A stretch of DNA of 64,000 bases from the human T2T-CHM13v2.0 reference genome, Homo sapiens: the NCBI RefSeq assembly GCF_009914755.1, contig NC_060933.1, one strand, 5' to 3'. The notes beneath the pieces are model-generated. The model did no database searches and was not told the origin of the DNA. It worked only from the letters and a program-made list of their open reading frames with translations. Both the position numbers and the translations under genes were made by a program. Shown here one piece after another: positions 1-12,960 of the stretch. How positions within the stretch are numbered: position 1 is the stretch's first letter; each line of letters begins with the position of its first letter.

Positions 1-58
1 CAAGTTCACAGCATTTTACTCCAGCCTGGGTGACAGAGCGAGACCCTGTCTCAACAAA
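1..58 (+). mobile_element. Alu 3' end (cut by window edge)
   Basis: CTCCAGCCTGGGTGACAGAGCGAGACCCTGTCTC followed by A-rich tail. Confidence 0.85.
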
Positions 59-79
59 TGAGACAAAACAACAACAACA

Positions 80-440
80 AAAAACTTCATATCATCAAAA
101 GACACTGTTATGAGAACTGCAATTCATATATCTGAAAAAGGACTCTTAACCAAAACACATGAAGAACTCGTGTAAACCAACAAAAATAAGATTGATATCC
201 CACAGAAAAGGGGAAAAATACTTGCACAGATGCTTCACAAAAGAAGCAATTCAAATGGCCAAGAAATATACAAAAAAGTGTTTGACACCATTAATCATCA
301 GGAAAATGCAAATTGAAACTACAGTGTAATCCACTTACACACCTACCAGCATGACTAAAATAAGGAGACAGAAAATAATAGGTGTCGGCAAGGATATGGA
401 ACAACCAGAACTCTCTTGCAGCTGCTGGTGAGAGAGTCAA
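80..440 (+). mobile_element. Old L1M fragment (ORF2 3' region)
   Basis: Typical L1 motifs ATCATCAGGAAAATGCAAATTGAAACTACA, CACACCTACCAG, GTGTCGGCAAGGATATGGAACAAC; decayed. Confidence 0.75.
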
Positions 441-479
441 TGGGGCAGTCACCTGAGGCAGAAGTTTCACCCAGCCCCA

Positions 480-890
<411 letters not shown>

Positions 891-1260
891 GTGTGTTTGT
901 CTGTAACACATCTTATACTCCAATAAAAGTGTGTTTGAATTCACAATAAAAATAGCTGATGTGCATTAAACATTGGCAACGACCTGGCCTCTGCTCCATG
1001 CACTATACATGCCTTGCTTCCCCCTCACTCAAAGTGCTCTGGATCCTTGGAAAGGAGGCGTAGACCTGGGTGCAGTGGAGATAAAGGGAGAGGGGCCTGC
1101 AGCCCATCCAAGGCAGACTGTCCTCACGTCCTGGGTATTTGCCTCAGGAGAATGTAATGTCTGTGATCCACCCCCCACCCCCAGGCTCCTGCCCAGGAGA
1201 AGGTCAAAAGCTGGTTGGGTCTTAGGGCATGACCCAAACAGAAGGCTCACTCAGCTGCAC

Positions 1261-1906
1261 TGAGGCAGGAAAATAGGGTCTGGAGGCAGGGAACCTGAGG
1301 CCAATTCACGCTGACTTCCTAGAGCTAAATCAAAAGGAAAACCACAACTTTCCACACCTAAGTAACAGAAGGACGAGGGGCTATTCCCTTTGCAACCCCC
1401 CCCTCCTTTTCTGCTTGGCAGATTGAAAATTGAAACTACCTCTGATTGGTAACTTTCTGCAACCAATCATATATTTGCATAGGAGTGTAAGTTTGTAACT
1501 TCGCTTTAGCCTCTAATTGGTTGCTTTCACAACCAATCAGACGCTTGCATAGGGTGTAACCTTTGTAACGTCACTTCAGCCTCTGATTGGTGGCTTCTCA
1601 ATCAGACTGATTGCAAGCCATTACCTCATTTACATAGGGTGTACACCAAGTAACGAATGGGAAATTTCTAGAGGGTATTTAAATGCCAGAAAATTCTGTA
1701 ACGGGGCTCTTGAGCCCCTGTGCTCAGCCGGCTCCCACCTTGTAGAGTGTACTTTCATTTTCAATAAATCTCTGCTGCTGGCTCCCACCTTGTAGAGTGT
1801 ACTTTCATTTTCAATAAATCTCTGCTTCTTTCCTTGCTTGGTTTGTGCATTTTGTCCAAGTCTTTGTTCAAAATGCCAAGAAACTGAACACCCTCCACCA
1901 ATAATA
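1261..1906 (+). mobile_element. MER51-family solo LTR (ERV1)
   Basis: Starts TGAGGCAGGAAAATAGGGTCTGGAGGCAGGGAACCT; several ATTGG/CCAAT boxes; AATAAA; ends ...ACACCCTCCACCAATAATA. Confidence 0.85.
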
Positions 1907-1994
1907 ATGCCTGGGGCTCAGGTGCCTGTGACCTGCTCCTCTTTGTTTCTTCTTCCCTGAGGAACATCTTGCTCAGCTCCTCTTAGGAACCAAA

Positions 1995-2414
1995 TATCTG
2001 GGTACCCCCAAAATGTATACATTGAACCCCTATCCCTTAATGTGGCTATAGTTGGAGCTGGTGCCTCTAAGGAAGTAATTAAGGTTCAATGAGATTATGA
2101 GGGTGGAGTGCAATCCAACAGAATGAGTGTCCTTAGAAGAAGAGACACCAGAGAGCTCTCTCTCCCCCCACTCCCTCACACTCAGAGGACAGGCCTTGTG
2201 AGGACACAGTAAGAAGGCGGCCTCCCACAGCCCAGGGAAGAGCCCTCCCCAGATGCTAGCCCTACTGGCCTATGGATCCTGCACTGCTGGTCTCAGCCCT
2301 TCTGGCCCCAAGATCCTGCACTCCTGGTCTCCCGAAGTGTGAGGGATAAATGTCTGTTGTTGGAGCTGCCCAGTCTGTGGCATTTCCTTATGGCAAAGAG
2401 AGCCAACTAAGACA
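1995..2414 (+). mobile_element. MLT1A/B-type MaLR LTR
   Basis: GTCCTTAGAAGAAGAGACACCAGAGAG, GTGAGGACACAG, ATAAATGTCTGTTG, ends CTAAGACA. Confidence 0.8.
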
Positions 2415-3132
2415 ACTCCTGACATTCATTAAGGAAAATGGAAGAGCCGGTAACTCTGCTGCTTTATCCTTCACAGAGGCAGGAATCTGAATTTCATCAG
2501 GATTTAAAACTGTCTGTCTCTGGAGGCTGGGTAATGCTGACCAGGACAAGATCATTATCTGTGGAGGCCCTTTCATTTCATCATACTCTCAAGGCTGAAA
2601 CTTGATTTCTCCCTCAGAGCTCAAGGCAAGACCAATACTCTCCTCTGTGAACAAGAAACAAAACAGCTGCTGTAAAATATTAGTGTAAATGGCAGACTTG
2701 CAGCTGCAGAAAAGCAAAGTCGTGGTACAACAGAAAAATTTGAGAAACACTTCCAAATCGCAAGCGAAATTAAAATATAGAAGTGAAAAGTCAAGAACAG
2801 AGGCAGGTTGGATGTGAAGGTCTTACAGAGCCAAACCACACATAGCAGATGCTCCTGAGGAGAAAATGAAGAAAGGAGCAGAAGTAGCAGCCAAAAACAT
2901 AATAGAAGAAAACTTTCCAGGTGGAGAAATTGAAAATGCTGGGCAAAAAAATAATGCAGAGAGAGCAATAATGCCAGAGGGTGTTGTGCTACACTGAAGT
3001 TTGCACTTCAGGAAAAACAGGACATCAGAAAAGCTCCCAAGAGGAAAAAAGTAAACAGATTATCTTCAAATAAGCTAAAATTAAGTTGTCTTCAAATGTG
3101 TCTGCTGAAATAAAAGATGCCTCCAGACCATG

Positions 3133-3486
3133 TGATATGGTTCCGCTGTGTCCCCACCCAAATCTCATCTTGAATTGTAGCTCTCATGATCCCCAAGTAT
3201 TGTGGGAGGGACCTGGTAGGAGGTAATTAAATCATGGAGGTGGTTACTCTCATGCTGTTCTCATGATAGAGAGTGGTTTTATAATGGGCTTTTTCCTCTT
3301 TGCTCAGCACTTCTCCTTCCTGCCATCATGTGAATAAGGACATGTTTTCTTCCCCTTCCACCATGATTGTAAGTTTCCCTAGGCCTCCCCAGCCATGAAG
3401 AACTGTGAGTCAATTAAATCTCTTTCCTTTATAAATTACCCAGTCTCAGGCAGTTCTTTACAGCAGCGTGAGAACGGACTAATACA
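3133..3486 (+). mobile_element. THE1 (probably THE1C/D) solo LTR with perfect 5-bp TSD
   Basis: TGATATGGTT...CCCACCCAAATCTCATCTTGAATTGTAG ... GGACTAATACA; CCATG on both sides (3128-3132 and 3487-3491). Confidence 0.93.
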
Positions 3487-4055
3487 CCATGGGATAACTG
3501 ATACTGGCATATCTGTGTGGGAAACCCCAGGACCTGAGAAATTTCTGGCCATTTCTAAAAGCTCCAGATGGCTGCACCTGTCACCTCTTCTGTAAAAGTT
3601 GCTTGAACGGAATCCTTCAAAATACCAAACAGGACAGCAGGGACATCACCATAGAAAGAATTGGACTGGAATGATAGGCCAGTTAAAAATAAGAGAATCA
3701 AAGCATTCACAACTCTTGTGAGAAAGGCTGCTGCTGACACAAATTTAAAACACAGTTTATAACAACGTCAACAAAGTGGAACGCATTGGAAAACTTTAAG
3801 GGGTTTAAAATTTCAAGTAAGAAGTATGAGGTTTGTAAATTCAGAGGAAATTAATGCACTTAGGAAAGGGATGAAGATAACAAGGAGGAGCAGCATTAAG
3901 TTCTCTGTTTTCCATAAAAGGGAGTCAAAAGTCATTGTTTAATCTTTCATTGTTAGACAAATATAAGTTTAAGACTGTTTCAAAAACATGATGTCTGCCT
4001 TCTAAATCATTACAGATTTTTTTAAAAGAAGAAATATGTGGACAGAAAATATGTC

Positions 4056-4360
4056 TGAAACACCAGGAGTTTGATGTTGGTATTGTTGCTCACTGCACAG
4101 AAAGCCAGTCACTGAGACAATGAATACTGCAGGGAAGAAGGAAGGCTTCCTGCAGGTGCGCAGCTGAGGAGGTAGGAGCTCATTCTGAAATCCATCACCT
4201 CAACTGGCTAAATTTAGGGGTTTATAGAGCAGGGAAGAAAAGTAACCACATGTAGAAAAACAAGAATTGGGGGGCACGAAAAAGAGGAGGTGGTCAACAG
4301 GAAGAAGGTGGTCCCTTAGACAGTCATGATGGGTGCAGGTCAGACGTCTCATTGTCCAGG
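4056..4360 (-). mobile_element. ERV1 (MER4-group) LTR fragment, subfamily uncertain
   Basis: GAAACACCAGGAG...GCACAGAAAGCCAGTCACTGAGACAATGA resembles the reverse complement of an ERV1 LTR 3' end; truncated by the purine tract. Confidence 0.55.
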
Positions 4361-5090
4361 AAGGTGGGGAGGGGAAGGGAGAAATGGGAGGGAAAAAGGA
4401 AGATAGGGAGGGGAGGAGAAGGGAGGGATGGGAGGAGAAGGGAGGAATGGGAGGGAAGAAAGGAGGGAGGGGAAGGAAGAAGGGAGGGATGGGAGGTGGG
4501 AAGGAAAGGAGGGAGGGGAGGGAAGAAGGAAGGGAGGGGAAGGAAGGGAGGGGCAAGAAGGAAGAAGGGAGGGAGGAGGGAGGAGAAGGGAAGGAGGGGA
4601 GGGGAAGGGAGGGATGGGAGGGAAGAAGGAAGGGAGGGATGGGAGGGGAAAGGAGGGAGGGAAGAGGAGGGGAAGGGAGGAATGGGAGGGAAAAGGAAGG
4701 AAGGGGAGGGGATGGAAGGACAGGAGAGAAGAAGGGAGGGAGGGGAGGGAAGGAGGAAGAGAGGGATGGGAGGGAGGGGAAGTGAGAGATGGGAGAGAAG
4801 AAGGAAGGAAGAAATGGGATGAGAAGGAAGAAGGGAGGGAGGGGAGGGGAAGGGAGGGAGGGAAGAAGGAAGGGAGGAAGAAAAGAAGAGAGGGAGGGAG
4901 GGGAGGGGAAGGGAGGGAAGGGACGGAGGGGAAGGGAAGGAGGGGAGGGGAAGAGAGGGATAGGAGGGAAGAAGGTAGAGGAAGAAAGGGACGGGAGGGA
5001 AGAAGGAAGGGAGACTGGGAGGGGAAGGGAGGGACGGGAGGGAAGAAGGGAGGGAAGGAGGGGGGAAGAGGGGGAGGGGAAGGACGAGAG
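4359..5090. repeat. ~730-bp polypurine (GGGA/GGAA-type) low-complexity tract
   Basis: Almost only G and A on + strand. Confidence 0.97.
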
Positions 5091-5754
5091 GTCAATATGA
5101 CACACTCATTCCAAATACAGGTAGAATTATGTAAATATAAAGGATTTCTGGTTACAAAAAAAAAGACCAGTCTAATGTCTTACCACTTATAAGAGACTTC
5201 ATAAAGCAAAATAACACAGAAAGGCTGGGCTCCGAGCTAACAGCCAGACCAGCAAGTGTGAAGGGCCTCTCTCAACTCCCGCTCAGCTGGGAGCCTCCCC
5301 AGGCAGCAGAGTCAGGAAACAGGGCACCCTTCTGACCCCCCACCCTCACTCAGGGGCCCTCATTTTGTGGGGTCTCCAGGACAAGGCCCTGCCCCTGGGC
5401 ACAGACGGTGAGAGCAGGAGGCCAGGCCAAGGTGTCAGAAACCACCCCCACCTGGACGGAGGAGAAATCCCGCTCCTACAGAGAGCAGGGGCTGAGTGAG
5501 AGAGGGGAGTGGCAGGACAGTGTGAAGGGAGGGCAAATATCCCTGCCTGTGTGTGGGTGCTCCTGGAGGCCTCTGCCCATGAACATGCATACACAACACA
5601 CCACACACACACAACACACTTACAAACCACTCACACAAACCACACAACACAAAGCCTGAGGTGAGCACAGTCTTCCAAAGACACGCAGCATGGCCCCAGG
5701 AAGATTGATGGTTTGACAAGGGCAAGTGAGGGGGGAGGAAATACCTGTTTAGAC

Positions 5755-6555
5755 AGATGAATGGATGGGTGACAGATGATGGGTAGATAATGGATGGGTG
5801 AATGGATAATGGATGAGTGGATGGATAATGGATGGGTGGGTGGATGGGTAGATGGATGGATGCATGGGTTGATGGATGGATGGATGCATGTGTCGATGGA
5901 GGTTAAGGTGGGTGGATGTATGGGTGGATGATAGGTGGTTGCATGGGTGTAACATGGATGATGGATGGATGGATGGATGAGTGGATGATGGATGGATGGA
6001 TTGATGAGTGGATGATGGATAGATGGATGGATGAGTGGATGATGGATGGATGGATTGATGAGTGGATGATGGATAGATGGATGGATGAGTGGATGATGGA
6101 TAGATGGATGGATGAGTGGATGGGTAGATGGATGATGAATGGGTGAATGGATGATGGATGGGTGGGTGGATGGGTAGATGGATGGATGCATGGGTGGACA
6201 TTAAGGTGGGTGGATGGATGGGTGGATGATGGATGGACGGGTGATTGAATGGGTGGATGGATAATAGATGGATGGATGATGGATGGGTGGATGGATGTTC
6301 AAGTGAGTGGATGGATGGATGGATGGTGGATATATCACGGATGATGGATAATGGATGAGTGGATAGGTGGATGGGTGGGTGGATGAGTGGATGGAAGATG
6401 GATGGATGCATGTATGCATGGATGGATGATGGATGGATGGATGGATGGATGGATGGATGGATGGATGGTTATATCTTGGATAATGGGTGGATAAATGGTA
6501 CATAGGTGGATGGATGGATGGATGGATGTTCAGGTGGGTGGATGAATGAGTGAGC
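5755..6555. repeat. Degenerate (GGAT)n tract with 27-bp higher-order unit
   Basis: GGAT/GGGT repeats; GAGTGGATGATGGATAGATGGATGGAT repeated about 6 times near 5980-6120. Confidence 0.97.
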
Positions 6556-6784
6556 AAATACTTGGGTCATAAATGAAAAGTGTGTGATAAGTGAAGGGAC
6601 AATGAGTCAATCAAAGGCCCAAACTGGGGCCATATCCTAGCAGAGTGTGGCCAATGAACAGAGGCCAGATCAAGCAGCCCCCAGGGTAGGGCTGGGCAGC
6701 TGTCAGAAACACACCCTCTACAAGCCCAAGCCAGGGGAAAGACTGCAGCAAGACAAGGCTGCACAGCCTTGAGCCTCACCTGCC

Positions 6785-7050
6785 TGTGTGTGTGCATCTG
6801 TGTGTGGCTGTGTGTACACATGGAGTTGTGTGTCTGAGAGTTCCAGTGTGTGTTTCTAACTGTATGCAAACCTGTTTGAGTGTGCTCTCATGGGTGAATG
6901 TATGTGTGCATGTGTCTGTGTGTTGGGGCATAGCTGTGCCTGTGGCATGTCGGTGTGTGCGTGTGTCTGTCTGCCTGTCTGAAGTCTCTGTGTTTTCGGG
7001 TGTTGGATGTATCTGCATGTAAGTGTGTCTATATGTGCCTGCATGTGCTG
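6785..7050. repeat. Degenerate (TG)n-rich tract
   Basis: TG-rich low complexity. Confidence 0.75.
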
Positions 7051-7113
7051 GGTGTCCTCTCCACACCTTCGGCCTGGGACCTTTCTCTGTTTTGAGCTCT
7101 TCCTCTTCCCTGT

Positions 7114-7299
7114 CAGTGCCGTGCTGGTAAAGATTTAACAACTGGCTCTGCATCAGGGCTGGGAGAGCCCTGACTTTAGCATTTGCTGATATCCATGGTG
7201 TAAACCCAACCATGGCTGACTTGGAGCCCCCAAGGCACTGAAAGCAGCATTGGGAGGAGACACAGGAGCACAGCCAGCTCTCCGGAGCCTGTGTCACTG
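7114..7299. mobile_element. MER63-type hAT (Blackjack) DNA transposon relic
   Basis: CAGTGCCGTGCTGGTAAAGATTTAACAACTGGCTCT terminus; internal AGCATTTGCTGATATCCATGGTGTAAA; ends CACTG. Confidence 0.7.
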
Positions 7300-9089
7300 A
7301 CCCCAGATGCTTCGGCCTGGCTCTGACTCCTCATGCATCAAAGCCCTCCTCACGTGGTTCTACCTTGGACCATAGGCTCAAGCACCTCCACGGTGGCCTG
7401 GGGCCTCTGCTCTCTCTGCACAGTCAGGGGCCAGCCTGAACCGTCCAGGTGTGCTGGGTCACAGAACTCTACCCAGGGGTTCCAGGGGCAGGACAGGGCA
7501 GGGTTCTGCAGAGGAGAGGACCAGCAGCTCCCCAGGGTTGGTGCCTATAGGCCACAGCCCTGGAGCTAACTCTGTCCTGAGAGAGTGACCACCCCATGAT
7601 CCCTCCCTGCCCCAGTGCCTCCAGGAAGCCCTCCTTGCCCTACCAGCCACCTCTCATCTTGCAGACAGCAGTGCATTCATCGTGGAACCCTCGAGTTTCT
7701 CCTTGAATGTGTGCCACGCTGACTCGAACCCTGGGTGGGGTTGATCCATTCTACAGAAAGTCTACTCTCCTCCACTCTGTTCCAAGCATCGTGCTAGGAT
7801 GCTGAGAGTACGGAGACAAATAAGGTCTATCCCCGCTCTCATGGAGACCCCTAAAATGAGCCCCACCACTGCAAACTATCACTCCTTCAAGCTCAGGCTG
7901 GCCCCCGGCCAAGCTATATCCAGACCTGACAGCTGCATGTTAATAAGCCCCTCCCCTGCCATGGTCACAGCGCACACTGAGCAGCCCCACCTGGCTGGTG
8001 GGTGCACCACCCCTGCAGGTGGCCTAGACGAGGGACAGTCCTGCTCACCCCCTGGGCCCCCATCTCTCACGCACACACAGTCAGAGGCAGGACAGAGCTC
8101 AGCTCCCTCTGCCCAGGGCTGCCTGCCAGGTCAGAAAGCAGTGCCCCCACCTCAGTGGAGAGGGAGGAAGGGTGCGTGCCCTCGGCAGACAGTGTCCGGG
8201 GTGGGGGCGGGCCTGGACTCTGCACAGATGGAGGAGGCCTCTTCACTCTTCTGTGTCCAGCGAGGTCAGATGGCCCCTGGCACAGTCTTCCTGCTTGTGA
8301 GTGTCTCACCATCTGTGCACAACCTCGGCTGCCAGCTCTGCCCTGGGCCTGCCCCCAGCCTGGCCCTCCTCTTCCCCCACCTGTCATTAACCTTCTCCAG
8401 GGAGGGTTTGTCCAGCATGGCTCTGCCTGTAGCCTCTGTGGCTTCCCATTGCCCTCGAGACAAAGCCGGGACTCCTACGCAGCTAGCACAGACCGTCTCC
8501 TCTGTCCCGGGCTGGGCCTGGCTCTGCTCTCCACATAGACCGTCTCCTCTATCCTGGGCCTAGCCTGGCCCTGCCCTCTGCCCAGGCTCTGGACACATCC
8601 TTCCTCTGCCCTGGACACTCAGTGTGCGGCCTCAGCCCTGTCCTGGGTTCATGGCTCCACACGCCTGTGCATAGCATGTTTTGCACTGCTCCTTGTAGAC
8701 AATTCCTTCTTTCCACATGCACTCCGAGTGCCCAATCCATGCCAGGAAAGCCACAGGGAGCAAGAGTGCACGAGAGACAAAACCCATAAAACAGGGGGGT
8801 CACCTGCAGGGGAGACCTCGCTGGGGGTGCTTAGGGAGAGACACAGGGGCCGGGGAGGGAGCCACGTGGACACAGGGAATCGTGTTCCAGGCAGCAAGTG
8901 CAAAGGCCCTGAGGCACCAGCTTCCAGCAGGCTGAGGAAGAGCCTGAGGGGCAGGGCAGCCACGTGGGGTGAGGCCGTGGAAGATGTGCTTGGGAGAAGA
9001 CAGGGCTGCCAGGCTGCAGGGTGGGCATGCTGGGTGTGTGAATTCCATAGGATGGGCTTCTGGGAGCAGCCCACAGAGTGCCTGGCCCA

Positions 9090-9250
9090 GTGATACTGAT
9101 ACCTAATCGGGCTTCCCATGTGCAGGCCCCACCCTACATACACATTCATGCACCACAGTTATGCAATCCTCACAGCTCCCCCACTAGGCCCATTCTGCAG
9201 ATAAATAAGCAGAAGCAGAGAGGTGAAGTTGAAGGCCCAGGGCCAAGCAG
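9090..9250. mobile_element. MIR fragment
   Basis: AATCCTCACAG...CCCATTCTGCAGATAAATAAGCAGAAGCAGAGAGGTGAAGT resembles the MIR core. Confidence 0.5.
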
Positions 9251-9516
9251 CAGGCAAGGGCAGAGATGGAAAGCAAGCCCAGGCAGGCGACTCTGCATTC
9301 ACCCACGTGCCCCACCCCACTGTGGCTTGGTCCCCAGGAACAGGGATGCATCCTCCTCCTCCCTGAGCCTGGCCCCAGGCCAGTGAAGCCCCATCTGCGT
9401 GGATCATGAGGTGACAGCTTAGCACCCCACAGCATCCAGAGACCTCCCAGGAACTCGCTGAACTGGAGGGGCCTAATGAACCTTCGTCCTCCAGGGTCTA
9501 TGGGCTCTGAACTCAC

Positions 9517-10255
9517 TAATTCCTTTCTTCATTCCCTCACTCATTCACTCACTCATTCACTCACCTACTAACTCATTCACTCACTCACTCATTCACTCAC
9601 TCATTCACTCACTCATTCACTCACTCACTCATTCATTCACTAACTCATTCATTCATTCACTCACTCACTCATTTACTCACTCATTCACTCACTCATTCGT
9701 TTGTTCACTCATTCATTCATTCACTCACTCCTTCACTCATTCACTCACTCACTCATTCACTCATTCATTTCCTCACTCATTCACTCATTCACTCACTCAT
9801 TCACTCATTCATTCGCTCATTCATTCACTCACTCATTCACTCACTCACTCATTCATTCATTCATTCACTCGCTCACTCATTCACTTGTTCACTTATTCAC
9901 TTGCTCACTCACTCACCCGCTCATTTGTTCATTCACCCATTCACTCACTCACTCATTCACTCACTCATCCATTCGTTCATTCATTCATTCACTCACTCAT
10001 TCACTCATTCACTCACTCACTCATTCACTCACTCATTTGCTCAGTCACTCATTCACTCATTCATTCATTTGCTCTCATTCATTCGCTCAATCACTCATTC
10101 ACTCACTCACTCATTCACTTGTTCACTTATTCACTTGCTCACTCACTCACTCACTCTCTTATTTTTTCATTCACCCATTCACTCACTCACTCATTCAGTC
10201 GTTCACTCACTCATTCACTCTTTCACTCACTCCTTCACTCACTCATCTACTTCAC
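9517..10255. repeat. Degenerate (CATT/CACT)n tract
   Basis: TCATTCACTCAC repeats; block TCACTTGTTCACTTATTCACTTGCTCAC occurs twice about 234 bp apart. Confidence 0.97.
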
Positions 10256-11039
10256 AAATCTAGCCTAGCCCTACCTACTCCCTGGGGCCAAGCTAAAAGT
10301 GCTGAAATGCATCATTGTTGTCCCACCATGGGGACATCTCAGGCTGGTGCTCATGGACACAGACAGGGACAAGGAGGGAGGCCCAGGGATATCTGAGCTC
10401 TGAGGAGACCTCTCTGCTGGGCAGAGTCAAAGGGCACTCCCCTGCTCAGTGGGATGGCAGCCCTCTCTACCTTGTAGGGCCACAGTGTCCATTCCTGTCC
10501 CAGGTGTCTGAGGGACACAGAGACCCTGTGGTTTCCTGCCTGACCCCACATCCTGCTGTGTGTCCCTGCCTGAGAAAAGAGGAGTCACCTGACAGTGGTT
10601 ACAGCGATGGCACGCAGCCTGCCTGCCATTCCAGCCAGCATCAGAGACTGCTGAGCTCAAGGGGCCAGCAGACAGACTATGGCAGGCACTGGCTGTGCCT
10701 GGCAGGCCCTCAGACAGACGGAGGCGGGCAGGGGCTGGTCAGGCCAGACCTCAGGCAAGGATGTGGAGCCAGGGTCTCTGGAGCCAAGACAGACTGGGAA
10801 AGAGAGAGGGTTAGCTGTCCTTGCCTCAGCCCACGGGGGAGGGGGGTGGCTGAAAGGGGCTGGAGATGTGGTCACTGAGGGGTCTCAGACACCAGACAAG
10901 CCGGAAGCCTAAAGCAGAGGGAGCCCCGCGCCCCACAGGACAGCCCAGGGAGACTGCAGACATCGGAGCTGGGGTCCTACCGGGCTCATCACTCCTGGCT
11001 GCACAGGCTTGGGGTAATGGTGACAGCCAGCCCATCTGG

Positions 11040-11170
11040 AGCAGTTACTGAGCGCCAAGCCCACACCTGGCCTCACCATCTTTGACTCACTCGAGCCTCA
11101 TAACAACCGGTGAGGTCTCCATGGTTCCCATTCAGTTAACTAAAGCTCAGAGAGGCCAACGGTCTCCTAC
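11040..11170. mobile_element. MIR fragment
   Basis: TTACTGAGCGCC...CCTCATAACAACC...GAGG...CCCATT...AAGCTCAGAGAGG. Confidence 0.5.
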
Positions 11171-12004
11171 AAAGGGAGCTATGAGCCCACCACAGGTGGG
11201 GAGCCAAGAGCCCCTGCTCCCTGCTCCTCCAATCCCTTACCGAGGAAACGGGACACATAAACATTTCCTATGGACATTCCCTAAGGAGGCCCAGACCCTG
11301 CCACTTCACTAGTGGGGTCCTGGGCCCGAGACCCTGTGGGATGATCAGGCCAGCCCCAGGAGCCTTCCCTGCGAAGCTTGAAGTGCCCCGACCCACATGC
11401 CCGAGGAGGCCAGCCTAGGGAGTGATGAGGGCTCCAGGCATGCCCTGCCTGCCTCTCCCTGGCCCATGGCCTCGGGCAGCTCAGCTCACCCTCAACCCAC
11501 TGGCTCCCTGACCACCTATAGGCCCTGGTCCTCGTCCCCACACAGCTCCCACAGTCCCACTGGAGGCCCCCCGCTGCCCCACCTCTGGTCCTCAGACATC
11601 CTGGCAAGCCCCTCCCGAGCCCTACTCTCTGCAGGAGTCCTAGGGACCTGGAAGGGAGGTGGGGCAGTGGGCGGTCCCACGAGAGGCTTCTAACAGGAGT
11701 AGCCTGGTCCTGGGCTCAGACCAGTCCAGGTCCCACAAAGGCCAGCCCGGTGTGGCCAATGGGCTCTGCCTCAGAACCAGCAGGGGGGTGATAAATGCAG
11801 GTCCCTCACCTCATTCTGACTTCCTGAGTCCAGATCTCCAAGTAGAACCTGGAAACTGGATTTTACAGGTGCCAGGGCCTTCTTAGCGGGAGGCTGGTGA
11901 GCTGAGAATGCTGGTCCCAGAGGCCTGGCGAGCCCCAGCTTGTGAGCCCCCACCCGCAGAGCAGCAGCTCCTGAAGCAGAGCCCAAAGGCCACTGCCCCC
12001 CGTG

Positions 12005-12103
12005 CCCTTGGTGCCCAGCACAGTGTGGGCAGAGTAAGGAGCCAGGAGGATGAGTGAATGAATGAATGAATGGGTGAATGAATGAATGAATGAGTGAATG
12101 AAT
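12005..12103 (+). mobile_element. L2 3' end with (TGAA)n tail
   Basis: GCCCAGCACAGTG... followed by GAATGAATGAATG repeats, the typical L2 terminus. Confidence 0.6.
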
Positions 12104-12329
12104 TCAAACTCTCTTCCAGTGCAGCCAGTGCAACTGCCCCCAAGAGGTCTGATGCTAATCCACAACAACTTAGAAGAATGTTGACCCTGGCCCAAGACCC
12201 TTGGCCCCTCAATGCACAGGGCCTCCTCATGCCCCCTCCCACCCTGGAGTCCCCGCTCCCTTGACTAGAGACATCAGAGACCAAAGTGGCCAAGACAGAA
12301 TGACTCAGGGTTAATTTCCTTGTTCTTTG

Positions 12330-12690
12330 GGCTGTGTGCCCCAGGGCCAGTAACTCAACCTCTCTGAGCAGCCGTTTCCCACTTCTGAAAGCCCCACTTA
12401 CTTCCCAGGGGTGTTTGGGGCCCAGTGAGATAACAGATAGTCTGGCCAAATGGGGAAGCACAACCTACTGGAAGGTGCTGACCAGACAGGGCTGGTACGG
12501 CAGCAGCACCCTCACTCTATGCTCCACACACACAGCCCTGAAGCCGCTGGGTCTCCCTGCCTGGGGCTTTGCACACACGCACATAGGCCCAGAGAGGTGA
12601 GCAGGTTGCCAGAGGTCCCAGCTCCTCCAGGTGTGGGGCAGGATTTGAACTTGGGGCTCCCTGGCCTGTGAGCGCTGCTCTGAACCCTTC
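12330..12690. mobile_element. MIR fragments (two, opposite orientation)
   Basis: TAACTCAACCTCTCTGAGC...TTTCCC and GGCCCAGAGAGGTGAGCAGGTTGCCAGAGGTCCCAGC...GGATTTGAAC. Confidence 0.5.
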
Positions 12691-12699
12691 TGCCAGGAC

Positions 12700-12960
12700 A
12701 GGTACCCCATACACACCACACTGGCTCCTCCACAGCATTCCCTCTGCTTGGAATGCCTTTCAAAGTTCAGCACAGACCAGCCACCTCCTCCTGGAAGCCT
12801 TCCCTGACTTCCCAGCCCCACAAGCTACTGGTGTACATGCCTCCTCTCTGGCAGAAGCTACTCTAAAGACACGTGCCCTGTTGTTGGTTCATTCAGCACA
12901 CTCTGTGCAGGCACCATGTGCTTCTTAGGGGTGTTCTCTCCATTCCCTGGCACGCAGTAG
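12700..12960 (+). mobile_element. L2 fragment
   Basis: TTCCCTCTGCTTGGAATGCC, CACCTCCTCCTGGAAGCCTTCCCTGAC, CCTGGCACGCAGTAG. Confidence 0.55.

Noticed and set aside
4200-5192. Overlapping 150-300 aa Pro/Ser- or Gly/Arg/Glu-rich ORFs
   Set aside because: Translations of a purine tract that cannot contain stop codons; open in many frames.
7799-8563. 254-aa ATG-initiated ORF in unique GC-rich DNA
   Set aside because: No recognisable domain, overlapping ORFs on both strands, and composition typical of chance GC-rich frames.
5631-10396. His/Pro/Ser-rich ORFs (also 35710-38461 and 54525-55212)
   Set aside because: Products of (GGAT)n and (CATT)n repeats.
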